IMG/VR virus record: IMGVR_UViG_3300046662_000041 | Span: 28,924 to 92,923 of that record | Length of the DNA: 64,000 nucleotides | Source: a virus | Lineage: Duplodnaviria > Caudoviricetes | Direction: 5' to 3' (one strand) | Translations under genes and position numbers: made by a program | The notes under the pieces: model-generated | The model's database searches: none | What the model was told of the DNA's origin: nothing | Seen by the model: the letters and a program-made list of their open reading frames with translations, nothing else | Shown: positions 18,935 through 26,270 of the stretch, one piece after another | How the letters are laid out: each line of letters opens with the position of its first letter | Position numbering within the stretch: the stretch's first letter is position 1

Positions 18935-19639
18935 ATGATAACTTATAAGCGTGACCCCGCCACAGGACAGTACATTAAGTCGGGCGAGTTTGCAGCGGCA
19001 GTTTCCGAAGTCAAAATCAAAATCGATACTGGATCACCATTTGGTTCCTATACCCTAGCCCAGGCCACTGCAATCGTTGAGGAAGCAATTGCCAAGGGCC
19101 TAGTGAAGAAAGACTCCTATTCAATCGTTGGCATGCCGGAGAAAGAGCTGTCCGGTGCAGCGGCCGCAGCGAAGGCCAAACACGCAGCGAAGGTGGCCAG
19201 CGGTGAGATCAAACCCAAAGAGCCGAAAGCGCCAAGAGCGCCACGAGAAAAGAAGGCTCCGAAAGGTTATCAGAAGAAGGAATTGACCGAGGAAGAGCGA
19301 CAACGCGTCAACGCCATTCAAGCTGAGAAGAATTTGACCGATGTGAATGAAGCGGTCAAGCTCTTACGCACCGAGCAACGCATCGCTCGCTTGGCCGCTG
19401 CACGTGCCGCCAATCCAAACAGTCCAGTAGGCAAATCGAAACTGGATCACGAAAAGATCGCACAAATGGCCAAGAATGGGCTCACAGTCGGTGCCATCGC
19501 AAAGGCTTTCGGTGCATCATATATGGGAATTCGTAACTCATTGCTATCTCACGGGCACGAGCTTCCAGTAGCACCGAAGAAGCAGAAAACTGCTTCACAG
19601 GCCCTACAAGCGACGGAGGTGACACCGCAGGCCTCCTAG
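18935..19639 (+). CDS. Lys/Ala-rich protein with C-terminal HTH (paralog 1), probably leaderless
   Basis: TTGACA-N17-GAGGAT 7 nt before the ATG; HTH LTVGAIAKAFGASYMGIRNSL. Confidence 0.7.
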   Translation: MITYKRDPATGQYIKSGEFAAAVSEVKIKIDTGSPFGSYTLAQATAIVEEAIAKGLVKKDSYSIVGMPEKELSGAAAAAKAKHAAKVASGEIKPKEPKAPRAPREKKAPKGYQKKELTEEERQRVNAIQAEKNLTDVNEAVKLLRTEQRIARLAAARAANPNSPVGKSKLDHEKIAQMAKNGLTVGAIAKAFGASYMGIRNSLLSHGHELPVAPKKQKTASQALQATEVTPQAS

Positions 19640-19737
19640 GCCTGGCCGCCCAAAATCGCGTGTCAAAGTCCTGTTTTATCAGTAAGTTACAGGCCCAGTT
19701 TTGTGCAGTAGGACGTAAAATCTGAAAAGGAGATCCT

Positions 19738-20328
19738 ATGGCATTTACCGAAGCACAAGAAGCGAGGATCGCCGCGATCATGTCCGAGCGTGGAATTGCA
19801 CGCAAGGCCGCGCTGAAAGTTCTCAACGCGGAAAACAAGGCCGCTGCGACCCAGAATATGGCCACGGAGGATGACATCGCTGCAAAAGTGGCGAATGTCA
19901 AAGCCGTGCAAGCTACACTCAAACTAGCGAAGGATGAGCTCAAGGCCGCGCGGGCGGCAGTGAAAGTCTCAGCCATTGCTAATAAAGAAGCCATCCTGGC
20001 CGAAAAAGCAAAAGCTAAAGCGGACAAGAAGGCTGTACGTGAGCAAAAGAAGGCTGTCGCACAGGTCGAGAAAGCGGCCGCCAAAGAACAGCGGGCCAAA
20101 GCTCGAGCCGAAGCGAAGGTGAAGAAGGCCGCCGAGAAGGCTGCACAACCAAAGAAGCAGCGTGAGTCCAAACTGCCCGTGGAGCAGATCACGACGCTCT
20201 ATAAGGCAGGGAAGACGATCGGAGCTATTTCGAAAGAGACTGGGTCAAGTTACATGGGCATCCGCCTCTTCTTGATCCGGACCAAGCTCTTCGGCACGGT
20301 AGCAGCGCCGGCAAAAGTCGCAGCGTAG
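19738..20328 (+). CDS. Histone H1-like Lys/Ala-rich protein with C-terminal HTH (paralog 2)
   Basis: SD AGGAG; KTIGAISKETGSSYMGIRLFL; ends KVAA. Confidence 0.75.
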   Translation: MAFTEAQEARIAAIMSERGIARKAALKVLNAENKAAATQNMATEDDIAAKVANVKAVQATLKLAKDELKAARAAVKVSAIANKEAILAEKAKAKADKKAVREQKKAVAQVEKAAAKEQRAKARAEAKVKKAAEKAAQPKKQRESKLPVEQITTLYKAGKTIGAISKETGSSYMGIRLFLIRTKLFGTVAAPAKVAA

Positions 20329-20363
20329 GCCAGGCAACACAAATCTAAACGAGAAGGAGAAAG

Positions 20364-20537
20364 ATGATGGCGAAAGCAAAAGGACACAAAGCAACTGGCA
20401 AGAGCATCAATCATGGCCGCGTTGTCAAGCTTTACAAGAAGCTTGGCAAATCGATCAGTGCCGTGGCCAAGCGTATCGGCGCGTCCTACATGGGCGTCCG
20501 CCGCGTGCTGGTCATCGAAGGCACGATCAAAGGATAA
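20364..20537 (+). CDS. 57-aa HTH protein (paralog 3; below the ORF-track cut-off)
   Basis: SD AAGGAG; MMAKAKGHKATGKSINHGRVVKLYKKLGKSISAVAKRIGASYMGVRRVLVIEGTIKG. Confidence 0.8.
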   Translation: MMAKAKGHKATGKSINHGRVVKLYKKLGKSISAVAKRIGASYMGVRRVLVIEGTIKG

Positions 20538-20631
20538 AGTGCTTGCTAGTTCCTGAGGAATTAGCTGGTGGAGGCGGGCAGTACGTAACAGCATGAGGAG
20601 TCGTGCTGCCCCACATTTTCCGAGGTGATTT

Positions 20632-21027
20632 ATGGCATTTGATCCACGGCATCCGAATGACCCAGAAAACGAATTGCGCTACTCCGAAGATCAGCCACGT
20701 GACGAGAAGGGGCGCTTCGGATCCGGCGGATCTGCTGCCGAAAAAGCTAACAGTGTGAATGAGCATGAGGCTGCTACGAAACATCACATGAAAATGGCCA
20801 ACAAAGAAGAAGCAAAGGCCAACGAAGCCGAAAGCAAAGGCATGCACGGCGCGGCAGCCTCGCATAAGCAGGCCGCGGATGCACATATTGTTGCAGCAAG
20901 TAAACATGCCGAAGCAGCGGACATGCACAGATCCCTAACACCGTTTTCAGGAAAAGGATCAGTGGATGCGGCAAACGCGCACAGTGCTTATGCTCGCAAT
21001 GCATCTCAGGCTGCTAACGCGAAATAA
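20632..21027 (+). CDS. Ala/His-rich helical protein with a QPRDxxGRF motif, possibly virion-internal
   Basis: SD GAGGT; ELRYSEDQPRDEKGRFGSGG followed by A/H-rich repeats. Confidence 0.7.
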   Translation: MAFDPRHPNDPENELRYSEDQPRDEKGRFGSGGSAAEKANSVNEHEAATKHHMKMANKEEAKANEAESKGMHGAAASHKQAADAHIVAASKHAEAADMHRSLTPFSGKGSVDAANAHSAYARNASQAANAK

Positions 21028-21033
21028 CAAGTT

Positions 21034-21484
21034 TCGGTGCAACGATTAGCGGTTCCTAGGAGCAATCCTTTTGATACTGGGAAAGCAACTCCATCTCGCC
21101 AGGATAGGGAACACGCCGTCAGAATGCCTGGATGCATCGATTAACGCACGTAAATGTCCTATGGTCGCTCAACCGGACACGGGTGCAAATCCCGTCGGCT
21201 CCACCAACTTGCTTCCGCGTCAGATGAGCCGAAACTACTCTACGGAGAGACGGTCGCTGGCGGGAGCAAGACTGCGGGGCCGAACTAGATTCGACGGGTG
21301 AGATCGATGGTAGGAAGCTCGTGCCGACAATGGCCACCGTCGCTAATCGTGGACCAAACAATAAAAGCGAAGCGAATGCTCGCGAAGGTGATCGCGTTTG
21401 TCGAGGCTCCGGTGCGCTCATACGCCCCGGTCGCAGTGGCAGCGTAAATTGCCGGTGGAGGCTGCCCGAAAAGGTGGCCTCCGC
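21034..21484 (+). ncRNA. ssrA: Circularly permuted (two-piece) tmRNA: acceptor piece ~21034-21206, intervening segment 21207-21275, coding piece from 21276
   Basis: T-arm and acceptor 3' end ACGGGTGCAAATCCCGT-CGGCTCC-ACCA (ends 21206) precedes the 5' end GGGGCCG-AACTAGATTCGAC (21276). 7-bp acceptor stem with G3.U70, P2 pairing, PK1 (CGAC/GTCG + CCAC/GTGG), and tag ORF 21367-21447 ending VAVAA*. Confidence 0.93.
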
Positions 21485-21490
21485 ACTTCT
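21455..21490 (+). terminator. Hairpin ending the tmRNA coding piece (intrinsic terminator or 3' stem)
   Basis: GTGGAGGCTGCC-CGAAAA-GGTGGCCTCCGC followed by ACTTCTT. Confidence 0.65.
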
Positions 21491-21511
21491 TGTCAAGTAA
21501 ATACACAAAAC

Positions 21512-21540
21512 TTGACATAATGCTTGTGATTCTGGATGAT
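21512..21540 (+). promoter_or_regulatory. Promoter for the nitrilase-polA operon (leaderless start)
   Basis: TTGACA-N17-GATGAT with ATG 7 nt downstream; the -35 is part of inverted repeat TGTCAAG-N13-CTTGACA. Confidence 0.55.
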
Positions 21541-21547
21541 CCCTCCT

Positions 21548-22618
21548 ATGCCTACCGTGAGAGTTGCTAGCTCCATCCCTCGACAGTTTTGGATGCAATC
21601 AGAGAAATTGGCTTGGCTCGACACCGCTATTGCAGCTAACTCTTGCGATCTGTTTCTAACATCGCAAGAATTCGTTGGCGGCGGTTCGTGTCAGGATTTG
21701 TGTCGCCGCAAAGGCTGGCAAACTGATGACGTGCCTGTGACTCCTGCCTGGCTTAGTGAGCATGTCGGCGGCCTCTGCCAGAAGCATAATGTCCACATCG
21801 GTTTCGGTGCCACCGTCAGCCGTGAAGGCATCAACACAGAAGATTATCTTTACTTCGATCCGACAGGAGAGCTGCTAGGATATCATTCAAAGATAGCACT
21901 TCCTGTCCAGGATAGCATCATCAATAATGGTGCATCACAGGTTACTCCGGAGACAAATTTCGAGCGGGCCACCAGCATTGTCGAGATTCCAGCACTCGGC
22001 CTGCGCGTCGGCACCGTCTTCTGCTGGCAGATTTTCTTTTCCGATTTCTTCACAGAGGTCAAGCGCAACCGTCCCAACCTGCTAGTCAACTGCATTAAAT
22101 TTGCTCCACGAGCATGGTATCAGAAGGATGTGGACCCTGCAGGCCGAAATATACGGAGTGGTTTCTCGCAGGAGACAGGTAGTAGCAAGCCAGAAGACGA
22201 TGCCCTCGGCTGGATTGACAAGCTCCGTTTCGAATCTCGGTACAAGGAATTCCCTATAGCAGTCACGTGCAATACGTGGTCAGCAGGGGCAAAATACCTG
22301 GCTCTGGTTGGCTGGGTGGATGAGGTCACGAAACACACGCACCTCGAGAATCTTCCGTCGGTGGCAGAAGCAGAACGCGTGATTGTGACGGAGTTCGATC
22401 CCAGCCTTTATGCCGAGCTTGAGCACTTGAGCTTGGGTGTATATGCGCGTTTCAAAGGCGATTGGGCAGCTTTAATGCAAGGCACAATGCGGCGAAAGGC
22501 TATCAGGATTGAGCAGCGTTGCCGGAGTGGTAAGACTGCCGAGCAGCTCGCCAAGTACCGTGCCAAACCGAAGCCAGCTAAATCTGTAGAGACACTTCAG
22601 CCAGGGATTTTTGACTAA
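21548..22618 (+). CDS. Carbon-nitrogen hydrolase (nitrilase-superfamily) protein
   Basis: Putative Glu-Lys-Cys triad: DLFLTSQEF, GYHSKIAL, RVGTVFCWQ; C-terminal QPGIFD. Confidence 0.7.
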   Translation: MPTVRVASSIPRQFWMQSEKLAWLDTAIAANSCDLFLTSQEFVGGGSCQDLCRRKGWQTDDVPVTPAWLSEHVGGLCQKHNVHIGFGATVSREGINTEDYLYFDPTGELLGYHSKIALPVQDSIINNGASQVTPETNFERATSIVEIPALGLRVGTVFCWQIFFSDFFTEVKRNRPNLLVNCIKFAPRAWYQKDVDPAGRNIRSGFSQETGSSKPEDDALGWIDKLRFESRYKEFPIAVTCNTWSAGAKYLALVGWVDEVTKHTHLENLPSVAEAERVIVTEFDPSLYAELEHLSLGVYARFKGDWAALMQGTMRRKAIRIEQRCRSGKTAEQLAKYRAKPKPAKSVETLQPGIFD

Positions 22619-24705
22619 TGCCACAAGAAGCTTTCTTCTCCGCTAGTGAGATGGCCGAGATGTCTAGCGGTTTGTGTCCTCCTGCCCCTAAGGATTATCA
22701 CCTCCCGACGTCATTCCCGTGTCTCATCAAAGCCGCACGCATCTGCTACGATATAGAGACCTTCGATCCAAACATTGGCAAGAAGGGCGCCGGCACCTAC
22801 CGTAAGGATGGCAAGATCATCGGCGCAGCGATCGCGGCCTGGGACCATAACGACGTCTTGATGCATGCCGAGTATTATCCTGTCGCCCATCGCAGCGGAC
22901 CAAATCTTGATGAGGATAATGTCTTCAGTTACTTTGCAAACCAGATGGCTTTCTTCGAAGGCGAGCTGATCGGTACTAACTTACTGTATGATATGGACTG
23001 GAGCAGCTCCAAGAAAATCAAGGCTCCTTTTGCAAAATTTCGTGATGTCCAGTTTGCTGAAGCACTCATCGACGAGCTCGCCTTCAATTACAAGCTAGAG
23101 ACGCTCAGCCAGAAGTATCTCGGTCACGGTAAAGTCAAAGATCATTTCGCTCTCTTGTACGGCCCTGACTACATTCAGCGCTTCCACGAAGTGCATCCTG
23201 GGCATGCCCGATTGTATGGACTCGGTGATGTCTTCCAGCCTAAAGAAATTCTTGACCTACAGTACCGTGAACTTGGCCGGCTCGGCATGCTAGATCTCTT
23301 CAATCTCGAGTGTCGGCTGATGCCACTGCTCTTGTATATGAAAGAGCAAGGCGTCCGTATCGATATGAAGCGGGCGATGGAGATCAAGAACATCCTTGAG
23401 GAGAAACGTGCTGCGTGTTTGAAGGCTGCTTCCAAACTGGCTGGCGTTGAGCTCACGGTCGAAAATATGGGCAGTCCGAAGCTGCTAGCCTACATCTTTG
23501 AGAAACAGGGTATCATTATTGCCAAAGCCAAGAAGGGTGGCATCAGCATCACAGGCAAATGGCTGCATCATCTCTGTATGTGCAAGAAGAAGGATGCCGA
23601 AGGAAACCTCATCGATAACCAGGATTGCGGCCACTTAGGCAGGCTGCTTGAATCTGCGAATAAGTATGACAAAGCAAAAGAAGTCTTTGTTGATAGTTAC
23701 ATGTTTGACTTCGCTGTAGATGGGCGGATCCATGCTGACTTCCACCCGTTGCGGAAGGCGGATGATGATGATGACTCTGGCACAGAGTCCGGCCGCTTCA
23801 GTTGCTCACATCCTAATCTTCAAAACATCCCGACAAGAGATGAAGAAATCGGACCGATGTGCCGCTCTTTGTTTATCCCCGAGGAAGGGGCAGAATGGTG
23901 GGCAATAGATTACTCACAGATTGAGTATCGCTTTCTGGCACATAGAGCACTTTGCTTGAAGCCACTTAAGGGTGACGGTGATCACGCGCGCCGCAGAAAA
24001 GCCGCAATCGAAGCAGCACAGTTAGTCAAAAAGATGTATGAAGAAGATCCAAATACAGACTTCCACGAAGCCGTCAAACAGTTGACTGGTCTCAAGCGCA
24101 AGGATGCGAAAAACTTCAACTTCAGGCTAGTGTATGGCGGCGGCAAGGTCGGCGCTGCACAAGTCCTAGGCATGCTTGACAAGGAAGGAAAGCCAACCAA
24201 GGAATTTGAGGTTATTTGGGAGACGTATCATGGCAAGGCGCCTTTCATCAAGGAGCTGCTTGATGAGAGCATGGCACAGGCGCAAAACGACGGCGAGGTC
24301 CGCACGATTCTTAATCGCCGCACTCAGTTCGAATTTTATGAACCGGCTGGCAAGCGTGTACAAAAAGGTGGCTCACTCCCTTTGGCTCAAGCGATCGAAA
24401 AATGGGGCTTCGATCTGCAGCGTGCCAATACCCATAAGGCACTTAACCGCGAACTGCAAGGATCCGCGGCAGATCTTATTAAGATGGCGCTTGCTTTGGC
24501 TTGGGAGCAAGGTGTCTTTACATCGACAAAAGACTTCACGATTGCTCTGCAGGTCCATGATGAAGGTGATGGAAGCAAATTTCCAACCAAGCGCGGCGAA
24601 GAATGCTATCAAGAACTGAAGCACACAATGGAGAATGCATTGGTCTTGAACGTGCCAATAAAAGCTGAAGGTGGAATAGGAAAGAATTGGGCAGAAGCGA
24701 AGTAA
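22618..24705 (+). CDS. polA: Family A DNA polymerase (3'-5' exonuclease + polymerase)
   Basis: DIET, NLLYD, GTESGRFS..PNLQNIP, DYSQIEYR, AKNFNFRLVYG, QGSAADL, QVHDE. Confidence 0.95.
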   Translation: MPQEAFFSASEMAEMSSGLCPPAPKDYHLPTSFPCLIKAARICYDIETFDPNIGKKGAGTYRKDGKIIGAAIAAWDHNDVLMHAEYYPVAHRSGPNLDEDNVFSYFANQMAFFEGELIGTNLLYDMDWSSSKKIKAPFAKFRDVQFAEALIDELAFNYKLETLSQKYLGHGKVKDHFALLYGPDYIQRFHEVHPGHARLYGLGDVFQPKEILDLQYRELGRLGMLDLFNLECRLMPLLLYMKEQGVRIDMKRAMEIKNILEEKRAACLKAASKLAGVELTVENMGSPKLLAYIFEKQGIIIAKAKKGGISITGKWLHHLCMCKKKDAEGNLIDNQDCGHLGRLLESANKYDKAKEVFVDSYMFDFAVDGRIHADFHPLRKADDDDDSGTESGRFSCSHPNLQNIPTRDEEIGPMCRSLFIPEEGAEWWAIDYSQIEYRFLAHRALCLKPLKGDGDHARRRKAAIEAAQLVKKMYEEDPNTDFHEAVKQLTGLKRKDAKNFNFRLVYGGGKVGAAQVLGMLDKEGKPTKEFEVIWETYHGKAPFIKELLDESMAQAQNDGEVRTILNRRTQFEFYEPAGKRVQKGGSLPLAQAIEKWGFDLQRANTHKALNRELQGSAADLIKMALALAWEQGVFTSTKDFTIALQVHDEGDGSKFPTKRGEECYQELKHTMENALVLNVPIKAEGGIGKNWAEAK

Positions 24706-24707
24706 AT

Positions 24708-25271
24708 TTAATGTACTTCGAAGTAATCTCTATACAATCGATACCGTCTTAGAAATTCAGCCACAGCCAACCCATCCGGATGGATGCACTCCATCGGCGG
24801 GTACTCCCGTTGATACTTCAAGCACAGCTCCTCTGCTTCAGGGTCACGCCGATAAATCTGTTGTAGTGCTTGCGTGCCCACAGAATATACCTCTCCTCGA
24901 AGCGCCCGTCGATCTGCAATTTTAATCTCACGGTGCATTTCTCCAGTCTCTTTCGGGAGCCCAAGATGTTTGATAATCGCAATACGGATCTTCTTCTCCA
25001 TCGCCTCGATTTCGGGTGTCTTGACAGGCTTCGGAAGATCGCCCGTGATGCATTCAGAGGAGTCGTGCAAAAGCCCATACAACTTCAGTCGCTTTGGTAG
25101 CATATCGCAAACGACAAACGTGTGGAGAACGACCGGCCACCAGCTCATCCCGGCACCTGCATATCGCCCCTCCCGAGACAAACTGATAGCGATGTCGTGA
25201 ATTCCCGGAGCCACGTCAGGGAAAGCGATTCTGCCACTATACGTGTATAGACTCTGCCTGCGCTTTAGCAA
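24708..25271 (-). CDS. HD-domain 5'-deoxynucleotidase/dNTP phosphohydrolase (YfbR-like); probable TTG start at 25271
   Basis: TYSGR, DIAISLSREGRYAG, VVLH, LLHDSSECITGDLPKPVK, KIAD; SD GAGGT before the TTG. Confidence 0.85.
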   Translation of the reverse strand: MLKRRQSLYTYSGRIAFPDVAPGIHDIAISLSREGRYAGAGMSWWPVVLHTFVVCDMLPKRLKLYGLLHDSSECITGDLPKPVKTPEIEAMEKKIRIAIIKHLGLPKETGEMHREIKIADRRALRGEVYSVGTQALQQIYRRDPEAEELCLKYQREYPPMECIHPDGLAVAEFLRRYRLYRDYFEVH

Positions 25272-25827
25272 GTTCAACCTCGAAAAGGAATTCTGCAACG
25301 GAGCCGACACGAGGAAGATCAACATGATGGTTATAGGGCTGGTCAAGTAGATATGCCTTGTGGCCTAGAATGCCCTGGCAATCCTGTACCGTGCTCGGTA
25401 GATCGTCAAGGCTAAACTGGATTCCTTCGTCAATAATGATCTGACGCTTTTGGCTACTGTGATCAACGACAATGACTTTGGATAAATCGGGACCGAGACC
25501 TTGCTCTATAAGCCAAAGCTGACTTTGAATCACGGTACTTGCGCCGGTAGCAGGCGATCGCGCTGTGATATAATAAACATCATCGTCATTGAATCGATCT
25601 AGGAAGTTGCGAAGCTCTCCAGCACCTTCGTGTGCCGGCATATGGATCCATGCGTTTTCAAAGCTAAGCATATAGCTGAATGCTTCGTTCCATTGCTCCT
25701 GTGTAATTCCATCCAGGAACGACCACGAAGTGTGCTCAAGCTTCTTGTGAAAGAGTTTCTCAATCATTGCAGAAGCCGGCGTCGACATGTCAACAAGGAC
25801 ACCATCAAGATCGAAACTGATTTTCAC
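25237..25827 (-). CDS. HAD 5'(3')-deoxyribonucleotidase (NT5C-like)
   Basis: FDLDGVLVD, YITAR, LDD, PYN. Confidence 0.85.
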   Translation of the reverse strand: MKISFDLDGVLVDMSTPASAMIEKLFHKKLEHTSWSFLDGITQEQWNEAFSYMLSFENAWIHMPAHEGAGELRNFLDRFNDDDVYYITARSPATGASTVIQSQLWLIEQGLGPDLSKVIVVDHSSQKRQIIIDEGIQFSLDDLPSTVQDCQGILGHKAYLLDQPYNHHVDLPRVGSVAEFLFEVELAKAQAESIHV

Positions 25828-26270
25828 AGGATAGCTGCCACTCTTGCAGCCATCTTATAGAGATCTGGGAGCATTGAAGCCACTATGCTTTTGCTATATG
25901 ACACATTGCCTTGATCCCATTCGTATGCACATTGCTCTGCATACATGATTGCGTCAAGAATCTCTTGAGCAAAATCCACAACAGCATCACGTCCATTGCA
26001 CGCGCGAAGATAGGTGCCATATTTCGCTCTGCCCATTTCGGCACGTTTGATCAAAGCATTCTTCACAAGATGAATCGCTTTGGCAAAATCATCTTCAATC
26101 TTATTCCGATCATCAAAGGCTCTATTTCCAGCCATAATCATCCGGTCGCAGCGTGCAGTAGCCAAGTGGAGAATGATTTGACCTTCACCAACCGGAGCTG
26201 GCTCGTGTGTTGCAAGCTTATCCGGAATGTGTTGAGGATCTTGCCCGCCGCGTGCTGCATATTCTGTCAT
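25824..26270 (-). CDS. Putative all-alpha NTP pyrophosphatase (MazG-like) phage protein
   Basis: RAEMGRAKYGTYL..NGRDAVVDFAQEILDAIMY acidic helix motif. Confidence 0.5.
   Translation of the reverse strand: MTEYAARGGQDPQHIPDKLATHEPAPVGEGQIILHLATARCDRMIMAGNRAFDDRNKIEDDFAKAIHLVKNALIKRAEMGRAKYGTYLRACNGRDAVVDFAQEILDAIMYAEQCAYEWDQGNVSYSKSIVASMLPDLYKMAARVAAIL

Noticed and set aside
21175-21206. Stand-alone tRNA-Ala or attP tRNA fragment
   Set aside because: There is no anticodon arm, the matching 5' strand lies downstream as in a permuted tmRNA, and no integrase is in the window.
21221-21235. Hammerhead-like CAGATGAG...GAAAC in the intervening segment
   Set aside because: The core should be CUGANGA, and there is no room for stem II before GAAA.
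21071-21598. ORFs 21071-21301(+), 21119-21598(-) and 21285-21518(-)
   Set aside because: They overlap the tmRNA structure and have no SD or protein motif.
24708-26270. Z-genome (2-aminoadenine) cluster
   Set aside because: HD and MazG-like genes are present, but no PurZ is visible in the window.
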